This document shows, in pieces, positions 13,305-25,020 of a stretch of DNA of 64,000 nt. Both the position numbers and the translations under genes were made by a program. Each line of letters opens with the position of its first letter. Within the stretch, counting starts at the first letter, position 1. The DNA is from Mobula hypostoma (taxonomy: Eukaryota). The notes below the pieces were generated by a model, which did not search any database, had not been told where the DNA came from, and worked only from the letters and a program-made list of their open reading frames with translations. Where the stretch lies: the NCBI RefSeq assembly GCF_963921235.1, contig NC_086108.1:90336001-90400000 (forward strand), given 5' to 3'.

Positions 13305-13885
13305 AGGACCATAAAACTTTGCAAGAGAAATAGGCCATTCAGCCCATCAAGTCTGTTCTGCCATTCCATCATTGCTGATTTATTATCCCTCTCAAGCCCA
13401 TTCTCCTGACTTCTCCCCATTACTTTCTGATCAAGGACCTCTCAACATCCACTTTAAATGTACCTAAATATTTGGCCTCCACAGCCATCTGTGCCAATGA
13501 TTCACTACCTTCTGACTAAAGAAATTCCTTCTCATCTCAGAGAGGACCAAAGGGTCACACATATATTCTGAGGTTGTACCTCTGGTGTTGGATTCTCCCA
13601 CTGTAGGAAACTTGTTACATACACCTGTTAGGGTGCATTCTCCAGTTACCTTATAAGGTAACCGTAGCCTTCAGCCAACATCCTTTTCAAATCCACTCTA
13701 TCTAGGTGTTCAATATTTGATAGGTTTCACTGAGTTTCCCTTCATTCTTCAAAACTCCAGTGAGTACAGGCCCAAAGCCATCAAATACACCTCACATGTT
13801 AACAGTTACATTCCCGGGATCATTCTTGTGAACCTCCTGTCGACCAATCTCCAATTTCAGTTTATCCTTGGATAAGGGGCCCACT
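13305..13885 (-). mobile_element. CR1 LINE 3' fragment
   Basis: Reverse complement of CR1 3' UTR and RRFTRMIPG-like coding remnant. Confidence 0.75.
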
Positions 13886-14439
13886 ACAAAAGCATAAATG
13901 TATTTTGGATTGGCATGAGCATTTGTGACGAGCATCAAGTTATGTTTGTGCCTTATTTATGATTACCTGCTGGCTAGTGACTTTATTTTCTCCAAAGAAC
14001 ATAATTTAAAACCAATCCTCAAAAGGCATGCTATGACATTACCTTGCACTTCATGCATAGCCATTGGGATTTACTGTATTGGAAAACCAGCTTTTAAGGC
14101 AATTCCATTGAATGTATTCCCAAATGCTTAGCTCTGGTGGTAATAACTGAATATACTCCACTGCTAGAAACATTTTAACATCGATCAAAGACAGCTAAGC
14201 AATATCATGGTATAATTGGGACCACTGTAATTTTATTTGTGAAAATGTATTTTGCAATAGGAACAGTGGAGACTTGCGAACTTGTAACATGTAAATGCTG
14301 GATGCTTTTTGTTGTAGCCCTTTGACAAAGCTATTGAGAAACAAAATTCTACAAAACACTATAAAGTCTTATACAGTGTGTTCTAAAATCTATATAGTGT
14401 ATTATATAATAAAGTGTATTGTATAGATATGTAGTGCTT

Positions 14440-15070
14440 AATGTATCGACTGGCTACACACAGCCTGGTATGGAAACACCAATGCCCCTGAAAGGAAAAT
14501 CCTACAACGTTAGTGGATGTGGCCCAGTCCATCACAGGTAAAGCCCTCTCCACCATTGAGCACATCCACACAAACTATTGTACAGGAAAGCAGCGTCCAT
14601 CATCAGGGACCCCCTCCACCAGGGTATGCCCTTTTCTCTCTGCTCCCAATAGGAAAAAGGTACAAGAGCCTCAGGACTCACACTACCAGGTTCAGGAACA
14701 ATTATTATCCCTCAGTCATCAGGCTTTTGAAAGAGAAAGGATAATTTCATTCAACTTCACTTGCACCAAATATTAAATGTTCCCACAACCTATAGACTCA
14801 CTTTCAAGGACTCTTTATCTCAGGTTCTCAACACTTACTGCTTTTTATTATTATTATTATTATCTTTTTCTTTTTGTATTTGCACAGTTTGTTATCTTCT
14901 GCACCCTGTTTGAACTCAAGTTTATGTAGTCTTTCATTCATTCTATTATAGTAATTATTGCTATTATGGATTTATTGAGTATGCCTGATAGGAAATGAAT
15001 CTTGGGGATTTTATATGATGACATTTATGTACTTTGATAATTAATTTACTTTGAACGCTGAACTTTGAAG
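14440..15070 (+). mobile_element. Rex1/Babar-like LINE 3' fragment
   Basis: GYALFSLLPIGKRYKSLRTHTTRFRNNYYPSVIRLL C-terminal motif; tail aataattaatttactttgaac. Confidence 0.8.
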
Positions 15071-16211
15071 TCAACATATCTGTTGTGTGCCTACTTCCAG
15101 ATAGATTTTCTCTGTTGTTCTGCTTTCTTTGTAATAACTTTCGGTAGAACATAACCGCCTGTTTTGACATGAACCATTTCAAAAGTCCTCTGTTATTTGA
15201 ACACAACAGCTTTGAAACAATATTTGCAGAAAGGTTCAATGTCTGTTGCTTGCTTCTGTGAATGATTATCTTTCTGTAAACCTGTTTGTTACGTTTTGTA
15301 ATGAAAAGTGTCAGCCATGACTTATATTAACATTGCATTTGAAGTGATGTGGGTGTTGGGTTATTATCCATGGATTGTGGATGGGTTAGGGTGAACTCCA
15401 AGAAGTGACAGCTATTTTCTTGATAACAGGCATGTTTAGTGCAGATCCTACATGTATTCTTGGCCTGGAATGTTCCTTCCCAGTTTAGTTCATTCACGTA
15501 GAACTGATTTTATTGCATGCTAGCTGGCAATTCTGTAGTGAATGGTGAGCTAGTTGCTGTGCCAGAGTCGGATCGCACCTGACTTCTGTGCTTGCACATT
15601 GCAATGCACATTTTAGTAGCAAACCAGAGGTCATATTGAAGTATCCATTCTCCTGTTCCATCACTGGACAGCATTCAAACAAGGCTGACAATCAGTTGTA
15701 TTGTTTGCAGGGTCCAGTTGCCTTTCAGATTCTGATTTATTCTTTATGTACATCAAAATATGCAGAGAAATGCACAATTTAACAACCAGCAGATCCAAGG
15801 GTCTAAGAATCTTGCGTCTAAGTAGCATACCCACAAGGCTCGGCAAAACAGCACGGGACACAAAATCGAATACAATAGAAAAAACAAAACAACAATAGCA
15901 ATACAAGCCCGACTCCTCCCTCACACTCACACCCTCTTCCAACACCAGGACAAGCCATCTTTGGCCTTCAGCCTGTGGACTTGGATTTACAGACATTGGG
16001 CCTTCGATATCCCCAGTGGACTCGAGGTGCCAGCCATTGGGCCTTGACTTCCAAACTTCTAATTGACCTTCAGGCTTTGATCTTGAGTATTGACCCCAAG
16101 GACTTGCCAATGCTGTTGAAGAGGATCTGAACTTCAGGCCTCGACCTCCATTTTCGCTGAGGATGAGACCTTGAACACTGGGCCTTGAACTCCAAGCCTG
16201 TTGATTCGCAT

Positions 16212-16540
16212 ATACGAGGAATTCTGAAGATGCTGGAAATTCAAGCAACACACATCAAAGTTGCTGGTGGACGCAGCAGGCCAGGCAGCATCTCTAGGAA
16301 GTGGCACAGTCGACGTTTCGGGCCGAGACCCTTCGTTAGGACTAACTGAAGGAAGAGCTAGTAAGAGATTTGAAAGTGGGAGGGGGAGGGGGAGATCCAA
16401 AATGATAGGAGAAGACAGGAGGGGGAGGGATGGAGCCAAGATCCTCCCCCTTTTCTTTCTCCCTGGGCCTCCTGTCTCATGATCCTCTCATATCCCTTTT
16501 GCCAATCAACTGTCCAGCTCTTGGCTCCATCCCTCCCCCT
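16212..16540 (-). mobile_element. Penelope-like 3'/terminal-repeat copy with an internal inversion
   Basis: 16212-16440 is near-identical to 63768-64000; 16441-16540 is the continuation in inverted orientation compared with the collinear copy at 18140-18240. Confidence 0.85.
16307..16344 (-). ncRNA. Minimal hammerhead ribozyme motif, core-mutated (CUAACGA, G5A)
   Basis: Minus strand reads UAGUC-CUAACGA-AGGGUCUCGGCCC-GAAA-C-GUC-GACUG. Confidence 0.7.
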
Positions 16541-16639
16541 GGCTGTCACTCCACTTCTGCTATCAGTCCACTTCTGAGGCAGTTTTACATCGTCAAAAGT
16601 GCTGTCATGTAGACAAGAAAGTAAAACAAGATCTAATCT

Positions 16640-16925
16640 CGGGGTGACAACAAAGAGCTCGTGGCACTGTTTCAGAGGAGAACAGGGTGTTGTGCCCAGT
16701 GACCTCATCAATGCTTATCCCCATTACCGTCCCTAAGCGTATCCTGTCTGTTGCTGTTTGTCATGCAGGAATTACTTACGGTGTTCCCCATATTGGATGT
16801 TAATCAAGAGCAAAAGCACGACATGTGAATACTACAATGCTACATTGAAGCAGTACTTGATTGGCTGTATTATGACTTAGATGATTGCAAGATCATAAAA
16901 AGGCATTGTTTCAGTGTACTCATTT
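16640..16925 (+). mobile_element. Old Deu-type SINE 3' relic
   Basis: ggcactgtttcagaggagaacagg ... gtacttgattggctgta ... aaaggc resembles a SacSINE-type 3' region. Confidence 0.45.
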
Positions 16926-17975
16926 CTCTATTTCATTCTTCTTTCTCTGTTTTATTCTTCTAGCATACTGTTTGTGTGGTTTCTTTAATATGAAACCTTT
17001 TTAACCAGCCAAGGAATGGAACACCCAAATATAAACTGATAGATGTAGGGATCTATAGAACAGGTTGGATCCTTTAATACAGGTGTGCTCTGGTTTACTG
17101 TTGGAATTTGTTGCTTGTTTTGAGAATGATGAATATTGATCAGAATTTGTATCTTAAAATCTAATTTGCAGTCATGGTAATAGGTTATGTTTAATGGTTA
17201 ATGCCTTTAAATGGGTGGCTGCTGTTTGGACAAACAAGAGGTGGAATAATACTAGAATTACCATGGCCATTCTCCCATTGGCCACCAATGGATCTGGATG
17301 TCTTTTGAAGTGCAGTCCAATATGCTTATTAAAAGTGTTGGTAGGCAATCTCATCAGCTTTTACAGTAATGCAACGACAAATGATCCAGTGAACCGTAGG
17401 CGACTGTGTGAACAACTACATTCTGAAAGTGTGATGGAATGGACAGAAAGACTACATGCATCTCTCCGTTTAAAATTTGAGGCATAGAATTCTTGGTGAT
17501 GCAACAAAGAATGGACATGTAAATTCAGAAGGAAGATACTGATGGAAATGGCATAACAACAAAAGACAGATACTAACATATTAATTCCTTAGTGTGTCCA
17601 GATTCATAAAACTATTAAAATAAACAATGGTATTTGGGGTTTATAAATTGAGGCATAGAACAGAGAGATAAAGAATATTTGGTGTATTTTTAGAGACTGC
17701 AATACCTAGCATTTGTAACTGACTTGAACCTTGGAAATTAGCCCCAGGAGCTTCTCAGGGATGTGTTCAGAGACAAAAAAAAAAGATAGCTGAGATGTTG
17801 GGTAGATATTACTACATCTGGCTGTCAAAAGATATTTGTCATTAATTAATATTTATGGCTAAAGTTTTTCAGCTTTGGATCCTTCAATTCAAAAATCTTT
17901 TTCCTTTCCCATTAAGTTATTGAAAGTGGATGTAGATAACAGTGCAAAAAAGATGAACACCTAGGTCCTAAGTGA

Positions 17976-18401
17976 CACACATCAAAGTTGCTGGTGAACG
18001 CAACAGGCCAGGCAGCATCTTTAGGAAGAGGTACAGTCGACGTTTCAGGCCGAGACCCTTCGTCAGGACTAACTGAAGGAAGAGTTAGTAAGAAATTTGA
18101 GAGGGGGAGGGGGAGATCCAAAATGATAGGAGAAGACGGGAGGGGGAGGGATGGAGCCAAGAGCTGGACAGGTGATTGGCAAAAGGGATATGAGAGGATC
18201 ATGGGACAGGAGGCCCAGGGAGAAAGAAAAGGGGGAGGGGGGGGAATAACCCAGAGGATGGACAAGGGCTATACTGCGAGGGACAGAGGGAGAAAAAGGA
18301 GAGAGAGAGTAAGAATGTGTCTATATAAATAAATAACGGATGGGGTACGAGGGGGAGGTGGGGCATTAGCAGAAGTTTGAGAAGTCAATGTTCATGCCAT
18401 C
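17976..18401 (-). mobile_element. 5'-truncated Penelope-like element: last ORF codons plus 3' terminal repeat
   Basis: Begins with PDGMNIDFSNFC* (GIY-YIG domain C-terminus, compare LQPDGMNIDFSFR* at about 20490-20530); flanked by AGGTCCTAA(G/C)TGA at 17963-17975 and 18402-18414. Confidence 0.9.
18034..18071 (-). ncRNA. Minimal type-I hammerhead ribozyme motif with an intact core
   Basis: UAGUC/GACUG helix I, CUGACGA, AGG/CCU helix II, GAAA, palindromic ACGU helix III; predicted cleavage after GUC between 18039 and 18038. Confidence 0.8.
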
Positions 18402-20110
18402 AGGTCCTAACTGAACAGGTTTCCAAGCATATATCTTCTCAGTCAAAGACTGGCATCAGAATATTAAAAATCAGCAGGATTGGACATCTTTACAGTATTG
18501 CTAGAACACTTGGAACATTGTTCAGAAGAAATGCTTCATCATTGAAGAAAGGATAAGAAATTCTGATCTTTGGAGAAGGCCTTTAACGTGAAGACTACTG
18601 ACTTGTCATGGCATTGGCTTCTAACTTTGCTCAACAAGCATCACTGGAACTACCAGTTCAATTTTACACTCCAGTTATTACCACCCACAGTCACGCTGAA
18701 GAGCAGCTTGAACATCTGCCTCTACTTCACCCTGTCCCATCAAGCGTGGGAGTATTGTGAAGCCGCAGCACATGTTTAAGGGTGACCTTTGTCGGGTAGA
18801 GGAAGTTTAAATTCAGATCTGTTTCAATTTAGCAAATGAGTGCCATCTCTGAAATGGCAACTCACTACATATAAGCCAGGTGGTTTGGCATCATGATGCT
18901 GTGTTAACATTTATAGAGCATGGTTGGTCATTTTTTTTTTCAACAGAACTCCTCTAATTATTCATTTTACTGAAGCTAATGTAATACTTCAGTCTTAAGA
19001 GTAAATTTGGCAAGCGCATTTGAACATGAGCAGTGTGTGTCACCGAGTTGTGGGCACTGTGCAAATTAGTGGCTGGAACATTTGATAAAATCTGCTAGTT
19101 GGATGCTTTTTGGTGGTGTGGTGTCACAAAATGTATGTGTTCATTTTTTATTTTAAAATAAAAAGTTCATGTTCTAAGACACCATGTCTCAATTAATAAC
19201 AAAAACATTAATACATATATTTTCAGACAATAATTATGATAGTTTAATGATATCTGGGGAATTATTTTATGATGGTGTTTCTTTAATGCTTGTATCTCTC
19301 AACTTGAGTATTTAATTATCTAGTACAGCAATAATTAAGTCAACACCTTTTTAACTTCCAACATGAATTCAGCTCTGTTGCATTTGTGTTGTAACTCCTG
19401 ACCTTGCATTGAAAAGTGTCTGGGGACCAGGGAGTTGCTGGGGATGATTTAAGAATGGACTAGGTTGTGGTAAAGCAAACCTGCATTCCCAGAACAAGAG
19501 CTCAGTTGATCTTGAACTCCCCTGCATTTCTCTCCACAATAATTTCCATATTTTTCGATTTCAGTGTAAAAGTACATTTTCCTCTTATTTCTTCCCCTGC
19601 AAATTTCAAAGGAATTTTAAGAAAAGTTTGTATCATGCAATGTAGCTTTGCTACAGTATACTGTTGTATGAGAAGTTATTGTACCTCTGTCCCTTCTGCA
19701 TGCTTTTACTTGTGGCAAAGCCAGAGAACCTAGAGATTATCACCCTGGCAATTGGTTTTACATGTTCTTGCTCATAAGAACAGGAGAATAGATATATTGT
19801 GGTGAAGCTAGAGAACCATGCTCTCATGGTAGGCATGGCAAAAAATGAATGCATGAAATGTATACAACAGATCAAACAGAATGAGTAGAATCAGCCATTT
19901 CCTCTGTGTACTTTTGCATGCAATGTGTGGAGCTGTTCTTGAAGGCAGGTTCCATCATTGAGAGTGCAGGGAAGATATAAAATACATGGGAGGAGGGCAG
20001 TAGACATGGAGAAGCAAGACAGAGGTGAGCCCAGTGGTACCAGAGCTCATAGAGGAGTCAGAATTATTATCAGAATCAGGTTTAATATCACTGACGTATG
20101 TCATGAAATA

Positions 20111-22061
20111 TAAACACAGGAGATTTTGTGGATGCTGGAAAGCCAGTGCAACACACAAACAAAATGCTGGAGGAAGACAGCAGGTGAGGCAGCATCTATG
20201 GAAATGAATAAGAAGTCAATGTTTTGAACCAAGGCACTTGTTCAGGACTGGGAAGGAAGGGGGAAGATGCTAGAATAAAATGGTGGAGGGAGAGAGGCGA
20301 TAGGTTAAGACAGGTGTGTGGGGAAGTTAAAGAACTGGAGATGAAGGAAGCTGTTAGGAGGGGGGAGTGGACCATGGGAGAAGGGGAAGAAGGAGTGACA
20401 CTGGGGGTTGGGGGGGAGATGATGGGTGAGGAGAAGAGGTAGGAGGACAGAGTGGGGAATAGAAGAGGGAAGGAGGAGGGAAACATACTTTACCGGAAGG
20501 AGAAATCGATGTTCATTCCATCAGGTTGAAGGCTACCTGGAAGTAATATGAGATGTTGCTCCTCCACCCTGAGAGTGATCTCATCATGGCAAAAGAGGGG
20601 GCCATGAACAGACATGTTGGAACAGGAATGGGGTCAGGAATTTAAATGGTTGGCTAATGTTATATTCTGCTTATGGTGGTTGAAACAGGGGTGCTTAACA
20701 AAGCGGTCCTCCAATTTACGTCGGGACTCACCAGTGTAGAGGAATCCAATTAGGAGCACCGGATACAATAGATGACTCCAGCAGATTTGCAGATGAAGTG
20801 TTCCCTAACCTGGAAGGCGTATTTAGGGCCCTGAATGGAGATAAAGAAGGAGACAAATTCTCCCTTGATTGGTCAAGGCATGAAGGGATATGAGGAGAAT
20901 GCAGGAGAATGGGGCTGAAAGGAAGATAGGATCAGCTATGATGAAAAGGTGGAGCTGATGTGATAGGTCAATTGCTGCAATTCTCCTTTATCTTACAGTA
21001 AATGGGCAGTGTAACATCTCTATCGCTTGCAGGGGTAAGTGCCAGGAGAACAAATGTGCCAGAGATGAAGGAACTGAGAAAATGAATAACATTTTTACAA
21101 GAGACAGAGTGGGAAGAGGTATAGTCAAGATCGGCATGGGAATCAATAGGTTTATAAAAGATTACAGTGGACTGCATCTCCAGAGATGGAGACAGAGATT
21201 GATAAAGGGTAGGAATGTGTTAGAAATGGACCAAATAAAATTTAAAGGCAGGGTGGAAGCTGGAGGTAAAGTTGATGAAATTGATGAGCTCAGCATGGGT
21301 GCATGAAGCTGCATCAATACAATTGTCAATGTAGCACAGGAAGAGTTTGGGTGCATTACAAGGGAAAACTTCGAACATGGACTGTTCAACGTGGCCAAAA
21401 AAAAAGGATGGCATAGCTAAGGCCTATGTGGGTCCCCATGGCTGCCTCTTGAGTAAGGAAAAACTGGGAGGAGCCGAAGGAGAAATTGTTGAGGGTGAGG
21501 ATCAGTTCAGCCTTACGGAGAAGGGTGATGGTGGAGGGGGATTGGTTGGGTCTTTTGTTGAGAAAGAAGTGGAAAGCGTTAATGCCTTCTTGATGGGGGT
21601 TTGAAGTGTATAGGGACTGGACATCCATGGTGAAAATGAGGTGGTCAAAGGTGGGAAATTGAAAGTTGTTGAGGAGATTGAGAGCATGTGAAGTTTCAGA
21701 GAGTGGAGGAGGAACTGAGCCAGTGGGGATAGAATAAAGTTGAGGTGTATGGACATGAGTTTAGTGGGGCAGAAGTGGGCCTACCGGACAGTCATGTTTG
21801 TTAGTCTTTGGTGGAAGGCAGAAATGAGTAATGTGGGGTATGGGAACTATGAGTTTGATGGCAGTGGAGGGGAGTTCTCCAGAGTTAAGCAAGGTAAAGG
21901 TCAGCAACCCTTTTGTCTGTGAGCAGAGGGCAGTGTGTTCACAAGAGGTAATATTGGAAAAGGAGTGAGGAAAGTTGAAGGTGAGCCGGTGGTGTTATTT
22001 ATTTTTGCTGGGATATGTGCCAGGAGGGAGAATAGTGGGAAGGGATGAATGGACATGAATG
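20111..22061 (-). mobile_element. Degraded Penelope-like retroelement (RT plus GIY-YIG endonuclease), internally deleted, with a CR1 3' piece inserted at about 20857-20998
   Basis: MDVQSLYTSNP, AAMG, YIDN(D), YKPIDSH..LDYTSSH RT motifs; GVIYCIRCS..LYTGES GIY-YIG; EEQHL..GSLQPDGMNIDFS terminus; TSD TGTC(A/G)TGAAATA at 20099-20110 and 22062-22073, splitting a Rex1 tail. Confidence 0.9.
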
Positions 22062-22127
22062 TGTCGTGAAATACTTTGTTTTGCGGTAGCAGTACATTGT
22101 AATAATAAATACTATAAATTATATATA

Positions 22128-22385
22128 CAGTGGATTACAGTGAATTGGGACACATCGGGACTAGTATATGTTGGCCTAGCTTGCTGAAGAAGTGAATTTG
22201 CTTCATTTTCACTCTCAGCCACAGTGAGTAAGACAATTCTGATTGATCTTTCTGCTTATTTCTTGCCAATGACAAGTGACAAAAAACACTGCTCTTTGAA
22301 CACAAACACACACATCTTCAGCAAGTGCATGTGACTGATGCTATTAGAAACTGCTTGGCAAAAGTCTCCTGTCCCAATTAAGCAA
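22128..22385. mobile_element. Possible pogo/Tigger-like MITE relic
   Basis: TA-CAGTGGAT... start with aattgggaca near the left end and tgtcccaatt inverted near the right end. Confidence 0.4.
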
Positions 22386-22990
22386 CAAGCAACAATCCTC
22401 CCTCCCCACCTCCCACCAAAAAAAAGCATCGGCTCCCGCCATCGAGCACTCAAGTATGCAGCAAAGCAACAGCAAAGACACAGACTTGCAGTACCCCAAA
22501 GGCTACTCGTTCACATACCCCAGGCATTTTCTGTCCCTAATTAGGGAGAAAGGGATGTCTCTGTTTCACAGTGCGAGGAGAGGAATAACAAACAACTCGC
22601 TGGTTTACCATGTTAAAAGTCCGTTGCGTCGCTTTTTCCAAACTCTGTGCCCAAAGATCTCAGTTCTCCGGGCACACAGCCATAGATCTTCTAACTCCCA
22701 TGACGGCACACCGATTTCCTACCGTGACACCGACCTTCGATCAGCTTGTCTCCAGAGCCATGAAATCTTGGACCTTCGTAGGCGAGCGAATAACGGCCAG
22801 TCGTGAGACCCTGCGAGCAGGTCCCATTCCCACAAAGAACCAGGGTCAGCGTGTAACTCCAGGTCAGGGTCTTCAAAAGAACCCTGAAAGGGAAAGATAG
22901 ACATATTAAAGATAGAAATAGTGCAGTTTCTGAAGATGCAAGCAAAAGAGTCACTGTTAGGTACCATTGACTCTCCTAAGCTCCTCCTCC
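22386..22990 (-). mobile_element. Non-coding non-autonomous retroelement (same family as 52697-53412)
   Basis: Collinear homology, e.g. gacttgcagtaccccaaa and cagcgtgtaactccaggtcaggg..aaagaaccctgaaaggg. Confidence 0.7.
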
Positions 22991-24845
22991 TATATCCAAG
23001 TACATATATTTCACCATATACAACCCTGAATTTCATTTTCTTGTGGGCATACTTCATAAATCCATAATAGAATAATTACAATAATAGAATCGCTGAAAGA
23101 CGGCACCAACTTGGGAAATGGTTGCAGAATATTGTTTGTCTTTCACACAAGATGATGCTGGTTAACCTCAAAAAATCTTTAAGGGTAACGCAGACATTTA
23201 CTACAAGTGTACCGAGTCTGCATGGCATTCAGACAAATTATGGCAATCATGGTGCTAGGCCACAGATACCCTGTGAATGTAGATAGGGAAAGCCCTGGAT
23301 TGGCCTGGAATCTAAGAGTACAGCATATGTTGAAACTGAGATGGAAATGAATGCAGTTTAGGTATAGTAAAGGAGAAACAACGTGGGAGTGGATAGACAA
23401 TTCATGGTGAGCTAATCTGTAGGCTGCAAATTCCCAATGAATAGCACAAATACATGGCATGTTTCAAAGGGAGATGTGGGCCAAACGTTGGCACATGGGA
23501 CGAGCTCTGATAGACTTCTTTGTCGGTATGGATTAGTTGGGTCAAAGAGCCTGGGTCTGTACTCTTACCCTAAGATATTCATTGCACTTAGGATGGTAAG
23601 TTTTGACATGAGGGAGGATAGAGAGGAGGATGCATAGTTGGGAAAGGAAACAGAGAAGCTACAGTGACAACAAGTTGTAGGCAAAAGTAGTTTGAACTCA
23701 GCCATGAAAGAAGATTACATTTTGGAGTCAGAAAGCAAAAAAAAAATGACAAAGACAAGTTCAAAGAAGAAGCAGGCAATGAGAAAGCAAATGAAGCTTA
23801 AAGATGATATGAACTATGACTCTTGTCATTCAAATTATCCCCCAATGTATGTCTGATCTGTGTTCTTCAGAGAATATCAAATTGAGCCCACTTAGTCCTC
23901 AAAAGAAACATCAAGCAAAATTAAGGCTCAGAAGTTTCTTTCATAATCTGGGCAATGGCAGATCAAGCCTTAGGCTACCAGTAGGTAGTGTCAGTGTGAT
24001 ACAGCTCTGGCAGGCAGGTGTATGAGTGGAGTATTCTGATGGGGCAGACACTTAGAGACATGCTTCAAAAGATCTAGCCTATATCAAAAGATGCTAATGG
24101 AAAGAAAAGAAGTGCAATTTAGGAATTGGAAGAGAAGGAAAGTAGTGATGCAATGCGGCCTGAAAACGGAGATACGATTATTTAGAATGCCGTAAAGCAA
24201 TGAATATCCTTATTAATCTCATGATATTTTGTAGCCTGACCAATTACTTTGATGTGAAACATGGTTTTACTGCCTCGAAAAGACAAAAAACCGTTGAGCC
24301 CTCTTCTGTTCAGAGATATCAAACTGATAATCTGTTCCGTGAATCAGTAGCTTAGTAAAACACCGATTCTCAAGACAGACAAACAAGTTTAAAGTTTTTG
24401 TTTAAAGAAGCTACATAGAAATTCAATTGCATCACTCTTTTCAGGGTTTTGCAATTGAAAATTTCCATTGTGAAACACTTCTGGGCTGTTTGATGTCTTT
24501 CCAGAAATTTTACAAGGCATTTCTTACAGGAGTTGCCCTTTGTGCCTGACGCAAGTTCGGCCCCTGTATTTGTTCAGGACAATGTCATTTGTTGTTCAGC
24601 AACCCCTTTGGAGCATGAACTGTGTTATTTTGAGTCGACAAATCTGTGCACATTTTGTGGTATCTTAATGCCCACAGAGAAATTAATTATTTGCTGTTAT
24701 ACCTTATATGAATGTACAATATCACCAATAATAAAACACCAAAGCATATCTGTAATGGTCTTAAAAAAAACAATTATTCTTTATTCACAGAATAACAAAG
24801 CTTTACTAATTCCACTTACCCCCAAACTTTAATTGTTTAAATATA

Positions 24846-24980
24846 AGTGCAAGAGATTCTGCAGATGTTGGAAATCTTGAGCAACACATGTAAAATACTT
24901 GAGGAACTCAACTGGTCAGGCAGGATCTATGAAAGGGAATAAACAGTCAACATTTCAGACCAAAATGCCTTCATCGGTTT
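24846..24980 (-). mobile_element. Older Penelope terminal-repeat fragment with a degenerate hammerhead core
   Basis: gattctgcagatgttggaaatc start; minus strand CCGAUGA..GAAAUGUUGACUG. Confidence 0.7.
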
Positions 24981-25020
24981 GGATATAGCTCAGATTTATA
25001 AGGAGCATGGTTTTTTTTTC

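Noticed and set aside
16134..16482. Recurrent ORFs containing PDEGSRPETST...AAWPAAFTSNFDVC (also at 17912, 51571, 51694, 62513 and 63680)
   Set aside because: They are translations of the non-coding hammerhead-bearing repeat, downstream of the element's true stop codon, not a protein family
19784..19828. Possible 45-bp in-frame exon ENRYIVVKLENHALM followed by GTAGGC
   Set aside because: Purine-rich acceptor context and no recognisable protein
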